Source of the DNA: a virus
Virus record (IMG/VR): IMGVR_UViG_3300033978_000437
Strand: one strand, 5' to 3'
DNA: 64,000 nucleotides
Position 1 is the stretch's first letter. Each line of letters begins with the position of its first letter. Made by a program: the position numbers and the translations under genes. The notes under the pieces are model-generated. The model saw nothing but the letters and a program-made list of their open reading frames with translations. It did not search any database and had not been told where the DNA came from. This document shows positions 35,347 through 44,821 of this stretch, one piece after another.

Positions 35347-35731
35347 TTTCGTTTTCGTTCTCAGTCTCTATTTCGATAGAAACTTCTGGGTCTGGATCAA
35401 GGTCTACTCTTTCCATCATCCACGATGAAACAGATGCTTTCATCGTTTCTAGGTTGTAGGTAACATCGTCACCATAGTCGTTGCCGTCACCGGCACCGCT
35501 GTACTGGTAAGCATCAAATGCCCATGTCTCCACATCTGTTTCTAGTTTACTCACCCTCTGTTTTCTCTTAACAATCTTAACTAGATCGTCTGTCTTGGGT
35601 GCCACTAAAACTACATACAGATTCCCTTCGTCATTTCCTCCACGAAACTCAAGTTCTATGGAACTTATTCCTAGTTCTTTTGCTTCATCATAAAGCTTTT
35701 TGGGTAGCGGAATAGGACTCAAATCTGACAT
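35321..35731 (-). CDS. DUF6878-like protein
   Basis: IELEFRGGNDEG motif and acidic tail. Confidence 0.45.
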   Translation of the reverse strand: MSDLSPIPLPKKLYDEAKELGISSIELEFRGGNDEGNLYVVLVAPKTDDLVKIVKRKQRVSKLETDVETWAFDAYQYSGAGDGNDYGDDVTYNLETMKASVSSWMMERVDLDPDPEVSIEIETENENENEEEEDDE

Positions 35732-35744
35732 AGCTTCTCCTTAG

Positions 35745-36092
35745 TTAGTTATCGCAAGTTTCATGTTTGTTAGTTGCAAATTGTGCTATGACATCAACAT
35801 AGCCTGCGTTTGGATCTACATCGTTATGCCAAACGGCATTAACGAACCTCAGACCGCAAGAGTGTTCAAACCAATATTTAACATGAGCAGACAAGCTTTC
35901 GCCTGAAGAAGCTTCTACTCTGTTATCGTAGTTGTTGCGAAAGAAATCTGCTTTTACCTCGTCCATAGCAAGGTAAATCTTATGGCAGCCATCCCATGCT
36001 GCTAAAATTGCGTTTTTGCAATATTCCGGAAGGGCATCATAGCCTTCATCTATGTCGTCAGAGTTGTGCACTCCATACTCATTTTGATCCAT
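35745..36092 (-). CDS. hypothetical protein
   Basis: ORF track, 115 aa; AAGGAG RBS. Confidence 0.65.
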   Translation of the reverse strand: MDQNEYGVHNSDDIDEGYDALPEYCKNAILAAWDGCHKIYLAMDEVKADFFRNNYDNRVEASSGESLSAHVKYWFEHSCGLRFVNAVWHNDVDPNAGYVDVIAQFATNKHETCDN

Positions 36093-36103
36093 GTTCGTTC
36101 TCC

Positions 36104-36463
36104 TTAGTTAATTTTTAAATCACTTTCAATACTTTTCTTAGCTACCCTAAGCATCCAGTCTTTAGGGTTTTCTAAAATAGGTTGAAGCCAATCTTGGACT
36201 GTTGGGATGAACCCACAATCTTCTTCTACATGTTGCTCTGCAAGCGACTTGATTGGTACTTTCTTTTCTTCGCTGTTGCGAAGCGTGCTGCCAAACTTCT
36301 TCACTGCCCATTCCACGCCTGCAGCATGATGGCGCAAAGCTCGATGAGTCCAGTTGCCTGTAAAGGCTTTAGTCTCATCAAACCAGTTGTGCAGTTCGAG
36401 GTAGTCTTCTGGTAAGCCACCAAATTTCTTAGCGGAGCTTACCGCATGATGGTAAGGTGTCAT
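36104..36463 (-). CDS. DUF6915-like protein
   Basis: PYHHAVSSAKKFGG.PEDY..LH.WFDETK...HRALRHH...AEQHVEEDCG.IP...DWL. Confidence 0.7.
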   Translation of the reverse strand: MTPYHHAVSSAKKFGGLPEDYLELHNWFDETKAFTGNWTHRALRHHAAGVEWAVKKFGSTLRNSEEKKVPIKSLAEQHVEEDCGFIPTVQDWLQPILENPKDWMLRVAKKSIESDLKIN

Positions 36464-36769
36464 TTATCTCCCATAATCAGATTGAGGTTTGAAGGGGCTG
36501 AACAGTTCACCATACTCTGTGGTGATGATTCCGTCGTCGGTGATGGTACATGGAACGACCATGTCTTCATCTCTGTCGAGACAGTCTAAAGTTTCGTCTT
36601 CGAGAAATGTCTCAATCCTATGCATCATTAGGTCTACTATCTCTAGATAGGCTTCTCGTTGCGTTGCATAGGTTACTGGAGTGCTGAAGTTGTCTTCATC
36701 ACTATCCCACCATGCGGGGATAAGATTTCCGCCTAGCTCTTCGGTGACTATTACCCAAGCTTTCTTCAT
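36464..36769 (-). CDS. hypothetical protein
   Basis: ORF track, 101 aa. Confidence 0.6.
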   Translation of the reverse strand: MKKAWVIVTEELGGNLIPAWWDSDEDNFSTPVTYATQREAYLEIVDLMMHRIETFLEDETLDCLDRDEDMVVPCTITDDGIITTEYGELFSPFKPQSDYGR

Positions 36770-36779
36770 GTTTTCTCCT

Positions 36780-36977
36780 TTACCATGTAGTTTTTAGCGT
36801 AGCACTTACGTTTACCCGTTGAATTATATACGGGTCGTGTGGGTACACTTCTGTGCTGGTGGTAGATTCCAGCGTTTTCGTGCAGCCTATGCTGCTTAAC
36901 AACACTGCGGTTACTAATAACATTAAGCTTGTCTTTACCATTGGAACTTCCTTGTAGGTGTGCAAATACACACACAA
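36780..36977 (-). CDS. small putative lipoprotein/secreted protein
   Basis: hydrophobic LMLLVTAVLLSSIGC lipobox-like segment. Confidence 0.4.
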   Translation of the reverse strand: MCVYLHTYKEVPMVKTSLMLLVTAVLLSSIGCTKTLESTTSTEVYPHDPYIIQRVNVSATLKTTW

Positions 36978-37012
36978 TGTAATTGTGTTAAAGCGTATTT
37001 GTAGTGGTGAGG

Positions 37013-38590
37013 TTATTTAAATTTGTTGATTCGTTCGCCAATCCAACGCATCACGGGGACAGCCATGCTATTCCCTAATGCTTTGTAACGAACTCCATCT
37101 GGGCATTGATCCGCTGGCTTTTTATTCCAAGGGATCTTAGTGTAATCGTCAGGGAATCCCTGCAATCTTTCACACTCGATGGGGGTTAATCTTCGCACTG
37201 CCATAGCTTGCATGACAGTGGGGCCGGTACCTGTTCCGTCTGATCCTCTATTTGTCATGGGTGCTGCAACATCGCCAGTGATCGCACCATTAAACATATC
37301 TGTGCCGACTATTTTTGTAGTTGTTACAGACACAAGGTCGGTAGCGTCTTTGTAGTCTCTAGCCTTCATAGAGGAAGCTGTCTGGTCGTCTGCGTATTCA
37401 CCAAAGGCTTGCATTCTGAATGCGTGCATTACAGTCGGACCGCTGGCATTTACGCTGCTGCCTGATGTACCCATCGTGGCAGCAACATCTCCAGTGATCG
37501 AGCCATTGTAGCAGTCAGTGCCAAGGACAGGCTGCATCACAGTGGGACCGGAATGGGTCGCACTGCTACCTGTACTTGAGGTTACGGTTGCGGAGACATC
37601 TCCAGTTACTGCACCATTGTAGCAGTCAGTACCAATGGCTACCGCAGTCTGGTTGTCTCCCATGTTGCGTCGTAGTGTACCCGCTACTTCCTCCGTGAAT
37701 CGACTAGGATTGCCTTCTCGTGCTGCAATGCCTGGTTCGAAAGCATAGGCTACTGCTAGCCCACGACCTTCGGTAAGGTCATCATTCCCAATCCCTTTGT
37801 AGTCTCTAGCGCGCATAGCCCCTACGATGTCTTTACCATTCGGGCTTTGCCATTTGATTTCCGTTTTGCTAACGACTAGATGCTCTCCCCTAGAGGAAGG
37901 CACCCCGCCATTACCGCCACTTCTGAGGCAAGCTGCAATGGAATAATTCCCATTGGCTATTTGGTCTGCGTCAACGCCGCGTTCTCCAAAGCCGCCCGTA
38001 AGAGTGGCGGCAACTCTTTTCCCCGCTTCTCTGCTCGGCGCAGGATGCCGCTGCAGGCTTTCGGACTCAAATAGAACTTTTGCGGCACGCCCTGCGTCTC
38101 CAAGACATCCGATAACGAACAAACGTCTCCTTCTCTGGGCCACTCCGAACCACTGAGCGTCCATGATCCTAAATGCGAACCCATACCCCAGGTTTCCCAA
38201 CGCCCCGAGGAAGGTACCAAAATCCCTTCCTCCGTTGGAGGACAGAACACCGGGGACGTTTTCCCAGACCAACCACCTAGGTTGGTAACGTTGAGCGATT
38301 TTAAGATAGGTAAGCATAAGGTTACCTCGGGGATCTTCGAGACCTTTTCTAAGGCCGGCGATGGAGAAGCTTTGGCAGGGCGTGCCACCGACGAGGAGAT
38401 CGATTTTTTCATAGGGTTTCCATTCCATGTACTTAGTCATATCCCCAAGGTTAGGGACTTTGGGGTAATGATGGTTGAGGACTGCAGAAGGGAATTTATC
38501 AATTTCCGAGAAAGCGACAGGCTTCCAGTTAAGATGGTGCCAAGCTGCGGTGGCTGCTTCTATCCCCGAACACACTGATAAATACTTCAT
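37013..38590 (-). CDS. C5 cytosine DNA methyltransferase (alpha-like polypeptide)
   Basis: YLSVCSGI, GDM, GGTPCQSFS, WENVPG, Q.RRRLFVIG, RRLTPIECERLQGFPD, YKALGNS; start set at 38590. Confidence 0.92.
   Translation of the reverse strand: MKYLSVCSGIEAATAAWHHLNWKPVAFSEIDKFPSAVLNHHYPKVPNLGDMTKYMEWKPYEKIDLLVGGTPCQSFSIAGLRKGLEDPRGNLMLTYLKIAQRYQPRWLVWENVPGVLSSNGGRDFGTFLGALGNLGYGFAFRIMDAQWFGVAQRRRRLFVIGCLGDAGRAAKVLFESESLQRHPAPSREAGKRVAATLTGGFGERGVDADQIANGNYSIAACLRSGGNGGVPSSRGEHLVVSKTEIKWQSPNGKDIVGAMRARDYKGIGNDDLTEGRGLAVAYAFEPGIAAREGNPSRFTEEVAGTLRRNMGDNQTAVAIGTDCYNGAVTGDVSATVTSSTGSSATHSGPTVMQPVLGTDCYNGSITGDVAATMGTSGSSVNASGPTVMHAFRMQAFGEYADDQTASSMKARDYKDATDLVSVTTTKIVGTDMFNGAITGDVAAPMTNRGSDGTGTGPTVMQAMAVRRLTPIECERLQGFPDDYTKIPWNKKPADQCPDGVRYKALGNSMAVPVMRWIGERINKFK
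37957..38412 (-). CDS. alternate-frame gene nested in the methyltransferase (M.EcoHK31I beta-like)
   Basis: 151-aa ORF on the same strand in a different frame; CSLSDVLE...KFYLSPKACSGILRRAEKRGKELP motif. Confidence 0.55.
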   Translation of the reverse strand: MKKSISSSVARPAKASPSPALEKVSKIPEVTLCLPILKSLNVTNLGGWSGKTSPVFCPPTEEGILVPSSGRWETWGMGSHLGSWTLSGSEWPREGDVCSLSDVLETQGVPQKFYLSPKACSGILRRAEKRGKELPPLLRAALENAALTQTK

Positions 38591-38591
38591 G

Positions 38592-38801
38592 CTAACCCTT
38601 TTTAGTGCCTTCATTTAGTTGTAACAGACCCAAGTAAACAGCTTTTGCCATTTCCTCTTTGGCTGCATAGTAAAGGGGGGCACCGCCTGTTTTCACTAGG
38701 TAACCATTTCCGATACAGCTTACCCTAAGCTGTATACTTATGTCGTTACCATCTTTACGGATAACAAACTCCGGCACAATCGGTGCTTCAGTAGTTGTCA
38801 T
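38592..38801 (-). CDS. hypothetical protein
   Basis: ORF track, 69 aa. Confidence 0.55.
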   Translation of the reverse strand: MTTTEAPIVPEFVIRKDGNDISIQLRVSCIGNGYLVKTGGAPLYYAAKEEMAKAVYLGLLQLNEGTKKG

Positions 38802-39155
38802 TTATACTCCTTTATTTTTCTTTTCTAATAATTCTTTAGACATGCTTGTTAATTCGTTTAGCATTGTCTGATGTCGCTGAAACATCTCATCCAAGATGTG
38901 TGCTGCACTTTGCAGCAATGCACCAAAAGACCCAACAACGGAGTCTATTGGTTTTTCTTTACCACTTTCTGCTGACAACCACATCCCTTTGCCGATGTTT
39001 TGGATATCGTTTAGGTTTCTGTAGTAGTCATACACGACTATTACACTGCGTAGTTCTGGAACATCTAGAAACGCAGAGTGTATGGTTTCTCTAAACTTGT
39101 GATTCAATTTTTCGTCAAACATGTATTTAGGTTCGACTTCTGGTTCTTGACTCAT
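38802..39155 (-). CDS. hypothetical protein
   Basis: ORF track, 117 aa. Confidence 0.6.
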   Translation of the reverse strand: MSQEPEVEPKYMFDEKLNHKFRETIHSAFLDVPELRSVIVVYDYYRNLNDIQNIGKGMWLSAESGKEKPIDSVVGSFGALLQSAAHILDEMFQRHQTMLNELTSMSKELLEKKNKGV

Positions 39156-39157
39156 AA

Positions 39158-39484
39158 CTACTCCATTTCTTTAAAATTTATTCCCATTTTTGGGGTTAGA
39201 CAAAATCTTTTGAATACGTCGTTGCCCAGATTGGCTAGCCTTGATACCGCTAATGCACAGATCATCAGTGATAGTATATATCCCGCCAATCCACAGTCAG
39301 CCAACTCTAGACCGAGCATACAAAAGAGACTTACCCAGACTGATAGGCAAAAGGGGCAACTTAGTAGCTCCCCTAGGAAGCTATCCCACATCTCGGTGCG
39401 ACTTCGCAACGATGCCATCAGTTTTGAGTGTCTCCATATCTCCACGATTTGCCAAGTGGCTAACGCAGCAACGACAATATTCAT
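39158..39484 (-). CDS. DUF1360-like membrane protein
   Basis: ELLSCPFCLSVWVS plus hydrophobic helices. Confidence 0.6.
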   Translation of the reverse strand: MNIVVAALATWQIVEIWRHSKLMASLRSRTEMWDSFLGELLSCPFCLSVWVSLFCMLGLELADCGLAGYILSLMICALAVSRLANLGNDVFKRFCLTPKMGINFKEME

Positions 39485-39493
39485 AAAAATTCC

Positions 39494-39628
39494 TTAATTA
39501 CCGGTAATATACATACCTGCATATAAGATTAAACCTGTTAGGAAAGCAAGAAGATATAATCCTTGCACCAAGAAAACTCCAACGGCTATGGTGTAACATA
39601 GCCCCCATACTGCAATAGTTGAATCCAT
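39494..39628 (-). CDS. small membrane peptide (44 aa)
   Basis: hand-translated MDSTIAVWGLCYTIAVGVFLVQGLYLLAFLTGLILYAGMYITGN; fills the gap between neighbours. Confidence 0.5.
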   Translation of the reverse strand: MDSTIAVWGLCYTIAVGVFLVQGLYLLAFLTGLILYAGMYITGN

Positions 39629-39631
39629 TTT

Positions 39632-39847
39632 TTACGTCTCTTCCGTGTTGGGAGGAGACCAATTAGCCAACACTACTCGGTCAGGGGACGGCGCACCTTC
39701 GCCAATTATTAGCTCACTTAATGGTTTACCAGTCGGGTCTGGGTATTGGTGAATTAACAATTGTTTAGTAGAAAACGATGGCAACAACCCTCCGGGCGGT
39801 TTTTTTAGTTTTCTTATTTGATAGGCGATGGCGCTGCGAGATGGCAT
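39632..39847 (-). CDS. hypothetical protein
   Basis: ORF track, 71 aa; GGAGG RBS. Confidence 0.5.
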   Translation of the reverse strand: MPSRSAIAYQIRKLKKPPGGLLPSFSTKQLLIHQYPDPTGKPLSELIIGEGAPSPDRVVLANWSPPNTEET

Positions 39848-39868
39848 AATAGCCTCCCCTGGTTAAAG

Positions 39869-40039
39869 TTATTGGTGGTTATCTACGGGCTTGATTATCG
39901 GAGTCAACCCGCTGGCGTCTATCATCATTGAGCCCACCGATGTGAGCCCTTTTCCAGTATAATAGCAGCTGACTCCGATTACTAGAACAGGGTATGCTAA
40001 ACACATACCGATAATAGCACTGATCTCTGGCTTTGACAT
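39869..40039 (-). CDS. small membrane protein
   Basis: start moved to MSKPEI (40039); one hydrophobic helix. Confidence 0.45.
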   Translation of the reverse strand: MSKPEISAIIGMCLAYPVLVIGVSCYYTGKGLTSVGSMMIDASGLTPIIKPVDNHQ

Positions 40040-40052
40040 AGAAAGTTCCTTA

Positions 40053-42008
40053 ATGAGTGAAGAAATAAACATGTTACGCAAAACCTCTAGCCAAGTATTG
40101 GCAGAGGAACAAAGCTCGGGCTCCGAAATTGACTTTGGCCCAATGCTGGAATCGTCGCTGTTGGCTGATTATGTAAAGAACTCTTTAGATACTCAGCAAA
40201 TCCAACAGTTACGAATGGCTCAGCATGTAATGGCCAAGACGGGTTATCTGACATTAAAACCATTGCTTCCCCTTTTGTTATCTATTAGGGGAAAGCCATA
40301 TCATTTACATGACCATTTTCCATTTGCTCCTTTCTTTAGAACAAGAATGCCTCGTACCACACTATTGAAAACAGGAAGACAGGTGTCAAAGTCCACATCG
40401 CTTGCAGCGCAAGGAGTGTTGTTTGCTAACTGTATTCCCTATTTTTCGACACTTTATATCACACCATTGTTTGAAATGGTGCGAAGGTTTTCACAAAATT
40501 ATGTAGCTCCTTTTATTGAAAGCAGCCCAGTGGGTCGTCTGTTTTCGGGAGAGACTACGATTAACAATGTGCTACAGCGTTCATTCAAGAATAAGTCTCA
40601 GATGCTCTTCTCCTTTGCCTACACCGACGCAGAAAGAGTGCGTGGGGTAAGTGCAGATAAGAACTGTATTGACGAGATCCAGTACATGGATATTTCGTTT
40701 CTACCTATTATTCATGAAACGCTATCTGCGTCTAGGGACTGGGGTATTATCCAGTACGCTGGAACTCCTAAGACTCTAGACAATACCATCGAGAAGCTTT
40801 GGAATGATTCCTCCATGGCTGAATGGGTTATCCGCTGCCCCCACCCAGGCTGCGGACATTGGAACATTCCGGCATTAGAGTACGACCTAATTAAGATGAT
40901 TGGGCCAGTACACTCCGGCATTTGCGAGACTGTACCCGGTGTAATTTGTGCTAAGTGTGCAAAAGCTATAAACCCTCGACCTGCAGCACAAGGTGGCACA
41001 GGACGATGGGTTCATCGCAATGCAAGCAAGCGTTGGTCTTTTGTTGGGTATCATGTCCCTCAGCTGATTATGCCGATGCATTACTCTGATCCAGAAAAAT
41101 GGCAGAAGCTTGTAGACAAGATGAATGGGAAGGGTAATGTTCCCGTCAATGTTTTCTACAACGAAGTTTGCGGGGAGTCGTGGGACAGTGGGTCTAAGTT
41201 AGTCACTGTTACTGACATAAAACAGGCTGCCTGTCTTCCTTGGCCTTGCCTAGTAGACGAAGCCAAAAAGCACATTGATTCTTACATTTACCGCTTTGTC
41301 TCTGTAGACTGGGGCGGCGGTGGTGTAAGTCGAGGTAAAAGCAGCATGAGTCTGCAATCCTACACCGCAATTGCAGTATGCGGATTGACTCCAGATGGGC
41401 GAGTAGACATCATTTATGGGTTCCGCAGCATGACTCCGCATGAACATGTGAGAGAAGCTAGGCTTATCCTTGGCATCATGCAGACATTCCATTGCAGCCA
41501 TATAGTACACGACTACACTGGAGCTGGTACTGTTCGAGAAACCTTGCTAGTACAATCTGGATTAGATCCAGCCAACATACTAGCAGTAGCTTATGTGGGA
41601 CCAGCTAAGAGTGGGTTGATCAACTTTAAACCTGCTAACGAGTTTCATCCCCGCAACCATTACACTATGGATCGTAATCGAGCATTGAACTACTGCTGCC
41701 AGTTCATCAAATCCCATGTAGTACGCTTCTTTCAATACGATCATCGAGGTTCAGAAGATATTGGGTTGCTCCATGATTTTCTAAACCTTATTGAAGACAA
41801 AGCAGAATCTGGAAGCGGAAGGGATCATTACCGAATCTTACGAGATCCAGCTGGCCCAGATGACTTTGCACAAGCGGTTACTATGGGAACTATGATGTTG
41901 TTCCAAATGCATGGTCGATGGCCAGACTTATCCGCTTATGAGAGTATGAACATCAGTGATGAAGTGCGATCTGCAATGAAAGGTCGGGCATTAGAAGACC
42001 CCGAATAA
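40053..42008 (+). CDS. terL: terminase large subunit (GpA-like)
   Basis: LKTGRQVSKST, LYITP, RVRGVSADKNCIDEIQ, GTPKT, CPxxxCGHWN/CAKC Zn ribbon, nuclease SVDWGG, PDDFAQA. Confidence 0.85.
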   Translation: MSEEINMLRKTSSQVLAEEQSSGSEIDFGPMLESSLLADYVKNSLDTQQIQQLRMAQHVMAKTGYLTLKPLLPLLLSIRGKPYHLHDHFPFAPFFRTRMPRTTLLKTGRQVSKSTSLAAQGVLFANCIPYFSTLYITPLFEMVRRFSQNYVAPFIESSPVGRLFSGETTINNVLQRSFKNKSQMLFSFAYTDAERVRGVSADKNCIDEIQYMDISFLPIIHETLSASRDWGIIQYAGTPKTLDNTIEKLWNDSSMAEWVIRCPHPGCGHWNIPALEYDLIKMIGPVHSGICETVPGVICAKCAKAINPRPAAQGGTGRWVHRNASKRWSFVGYHVPQLIMPMHYSDPEKWQKLVDKMNGKGNVPVNVFYNEVCGESWDSGSKLVTVTDIKQAACLPWPCLVDEAKKHIDSYIYRFVSVDWGGGGVSRGKSSMSLQSYTAIAVCGLTPDGRVDIIYGFRSMTPHEHVREARLILGIMQTFHCSHIVHDYTGAGTVRETLLVQSGLDPANILAVAYVGPAKSGLINFKPANEFHPRNHYTMDRNRALNYCCQFIKSHVVRFFQYDHRGSEDIGLLHDFLNLIEDKAESGSGRDHYRILRDPAGPDDFAQAVTMGTMMLFQMHGRWPDLSAYESMNISDEVRSAMKGRALEDPE

Positions 42009-42009
42009 G

Positions 42010-42255
42010 TTATTCTTGCGGGATACCTACAATGCTGACGAACTCGTGTTTAGCGTAGCTATACACCTTAGTCTTTGTGATGTCTTCACTTAGCACCTCA
42101 GTAGGCCCGTGTAGACCTACTGGGTGATTGTTTTGATATCTTGTGTAAAATGGATGCGTTTTGCTATTCCACTTTTTGTAGGATAGCACAGGCATGCGAC
42201 CCTTACGGTCTACGTAAATTCGAAAGTTTTGAAAATCTAACGACATATTGTTCAT
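42010..42255 (-). CDS. hypothetical protein
   Basis: ORF track, 81 aa. Confidence 0.45.
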   Translation of the reverse strand: MNNMSLDFQNFRIYVDRKGRMPVLSYKKWNSKTHPFYTRYQNNHPVGLHGPTEVLSEDITKTKVYSYAKHEFVSIVGIPQE

Positions 42256-42445
42256 TAACCCCTTTCGGTTTTAAAGAAATTTCTATTTTTTTAATATCTT
42301 CTTTTGTGAACAGTCGTCTTCCTGCCACACGAGAGGAAGCCTCCGACAAATCGCCTTTTTCAATAAGATAAAGCAATTTTGCTCTAGGAATTTGGAGTTG
42401 TTTAGCTACTTGCCCGCTTGTAAAAAAAGCTAATTCCTTATCCAT
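42203..42445 (-). CDS. MerR/excisionase-like HTH protein
   Basis: FTSGQVAKQLQIPRAKLLYLIEKG...GRRLFTKEDI. Confidence 0.75.
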   Translation of the reverse strand: MDKELAFFTSGQVAKQLQIPRAKLLYLIEKGDLSEASSRVAGRRLFTKEDIKKIEISLKPKGVNEQYVVRFSKLSNLRRP

Positions 42446-42486
42446 ATCTATTTCTCCTTTTGATTTTATACGCTAGCTGTTGTCCG

Positions 42487-42540
42487 CCACTAACATACTG
42501 GGGAAAACCGACACCACTAATAGTCTGGGGAAAACCCACA
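42487..42540. repeat. 27-bp tandem direct repeat (2 copies)
   Basis: CCACTAACATACTGGGGAAAACCGACA / CCACTAATAGTCTGGGGAAAACCCACA. Confidence 0.75.
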
Positions 42541-42544
42541 CTCC

Positions 42545-44821
42545 TTAGGTTATGTGCAGATGGCTTGGAGCATTGTTTAAAGCTTTAGATTTAATAAAGC
42601 CAAACAACTGCTGCATTTGCCTTACTGTATAATCTTTCCACGCTTCCCAGCTGGCTGGTATCTCATGGTCAGACTTACTGAAATGTTTTAAATACTGCAG
42701 CACAATTTTGTCACAGCTATGGGTTACCTTTCGAGGTTGTAACCCTTCGGGAATGTTTGTGACTTTTATCAAATTAGAGGTATCACTTTTACACTGGTTT
42801 GCTGCGAAGCTAGTTACAAAGAATCCAGTGTCATCTTGGGTCAATGCAGTGACAAACCGCTGAATTCTGCGAGGCCATTTATGTACCCATCCACGAGGTT
42901 GCCCACATCTTATTTCAAACCTATGGTACAGTTCTTGTAAGAATAAACTGCAAGTGGGATGGTCTACCCATATACCATAAGCTGGGAAACCTACAGCAGG
43001 GGCTGTGACCTGTGCGCACATTGCTATAGCAAATGCCCATATTATTTCTAACTCGGGACTCTCGTCACTGATTGCAAGAATCACATCATCTCGCAACCGG
43101 CAAAGCAATTGCTTAGGTCCGGGAGCATCTTCTGGAAATGTAAATTCCGGATTTGAAGAAAACTCACCACGACACAGCCTGGAGTTACGGAATTGAAAGC
43201 CACTGCCATCCCAACCGATAGACTGCAGCCCATTGACAACCTCGGGTAATTCAATCTGACAAGCTGCTGTGAATGGGTTAAACTTCTCCAGCCATCGATT
43301 ACCCCATATGTTACAGAAGCAGTCGGATTGCAAAACTATACCATGGCTCAATCCGAATTCGGTTATCCAAGCTAGGTTAGCTTTTTCAACCGGCACTCTA
43401 AATGGATACTTGCCTTTGTTGGTTTGCAGATACCCGACGTATTCCTTAGATGCATCTGGGCGAATCACTATCTTGTCTACACGCACAATGCCTGAAAACC
43501 TTACATTCCCCGCATCGTCATACCACTTGTTATTCTTCTCCACCATTACCATATAGGTGGTTCCACCTACTGTTGGTAACTTCTGGTTAATTGGAACTCG
43601 TATTCTTCTCCCAACTTCTGTGAGCAAGTTTGGAGCAACATAAGAGCGAACAAGCTTAGCTACTTCCGAACTATGCTGTTCCGCATCTTGAAGTAACTTA
43701 GTCTTGTCAGCGGGTGCGGCATATAATGCCCAATTAGAAAGAGCTCGCTCATAAGGCTTAGCCGTGCGTACTATCTGCTGGTAGACTTCTGTTACTGGCA
43801 TGTCGGACATCCAGCGATTCCAGCGAGGTCCACTAACTTCTTTAGGTTGCTGTCGCACAATCTCTGGACCAGTAAAAGTCATAGAAGCATTTGACAGCAT
43901 GGCTTGATGCAATATTGCTGCAGTAGGATGACATTCCCAGAAGATGAGTTGTCTACCTCCCAGCATGGGCCATTGCTTTTTCCTCTCCGTGATCATGAAC
44001 TGTCGCCACGCTAAGATAGGCAAGGGTATCTCGCTGCTGTTGAAGTTACGCAGCTGCAGCCTAACCATGTTGGTAAGCATTGAGGTAAGTACAAGACTGT
44101 CAGACTGTATTTGCCATAGGTAGGGCAAGCCAGCAAACCCAACCTCACCGCCAGTATTGGAATTAACTATCGTTTCAGTTCCGTTGTTAAAGCACGCTAG
44201 CGCACCTATCTGAGTAGGTGAGCGGTAATAAGGCACTACCACGGTAGGGTCTTTCTTTTTAAGTAAACGGAATCTTCCATACTTAGCGACTTGTGTTGGG
44301 GTTAAAATACCCAAGAGTTGCCCAGGACCTGCCTGATGTCGTTCTTTACTCATGGGTGAAGATATATTCCAACCCAATCGTAACAAGGCTTGATAATGCT
44401 CTCTGCCTTCGTTCTTCATGGAAAGCTGAGATTGTTTCCATAATTCTTGTAATTTTGCAGAAAATCCTAGCCCACGTAGGTATAATCGCATATTGCTCGG
44501 ACTTATGGTTCGGTTTAACTGCTCGGCCAAATAGTACATAGCTTCTTCTTGAAGCATATTTAATCGTGCAGCTGCCATTGCCAAAATCGTCCCTGTGGCC
44601 TTACACTGGGAGCAATAATACCATTCTTCCAAAGTTTTGGTATCTTGATAAATGGCCCAAGCTTGTGCTTCACAGTAAGGGCACTTAGCTGAGACTGGGT
44701 AAGATGCGATTGGCTCCATCCCGATTAGTGGAGCGATGGCTGCAAATGATAACCCTGCATGAATATCTAGGAGAGACACAATGCCTTCGCCTTCTATAGT
44801 TTTAGATCCTGCAAGTGACAA
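42545..44821 (-). CDS. large primase-like protein (N-terminal Zn finger, DUF927-like region)
   Basis: CPYC...WYYCSQCKATGTIL primase-type Zn finger; IGWDGSGF motif; no clear Toprim E/DxD. Confidence 0.4.
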   Translation of the reverse strand: MSLAGSKTIEGEGIVSLLDIHAGLSFAAIAPLIGMEPIASYPVSAKCPYCEAQAWAIYQDTKTLEEWYYCSQCKATGTILAMAAARLNMLQEEAMYYLAEQLNRTISPSNMRLYLRGLGFSAKLQELWKQSQLSMKNEGREHYQALLRLGWNISSPMSKERHQAGPGQLLGILTPTQVAKYGRFRLLKKKDPTVVVPYYRSPTQIGALACFNNGTETIVNSNTGGEVGFAGLPYLWQIQSDSLVLTSMLTNMVRLQLRNFNSSEIPLPILAWRQFMITERKKQWPMLGGRQLIFWECHPTAAILHQAMLSNASMTFTGPEIVRQQPKEVSGPRWNRWMSDMPVTEVYQQIVRTAKPYERALSNWALYAAPADKTKLLQDAEQHSSEVAKLVRSYVAPNLLTEVGRRIRVPINQKLPTVGGTTYMVMVEKNNKWYDDAGNVRFSGIVRVDKIVIRPDASKEYVGYLQTNKGKYPFRVPVEKANLAWITEFGLSHGIVLQSDCFCNIWGNRWLEKFNPFTAACQIELPEVVNGLQSIGWDGSGFQFRNSRLCRGEFSSNPEFTFPEDAPGPKQLLCRLRDDVILAISDESPELEIIWAFAIAMCAQVTAPAVGFPAYGIWVDHPTCSLFLQELYHRFEIRCGQPRGWVHKWPRRIQRFVTALTQDDTGFFVTSFAANQCKSDTSNLIKVTNIPEGLQPRKVTHSCDKIVLQYLKHFSKSDHEIPASWEAWKDYTVRQMQQLFGFIKSKALNNAPSHLHIT

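Noticed and set aside
39822-39850. GGCGATGG resembling the start of a fluoride riboswitch
   Set aside because: The complementary TCGCC and downstream consensus are missing, and it lies within ORF 39632..39847.
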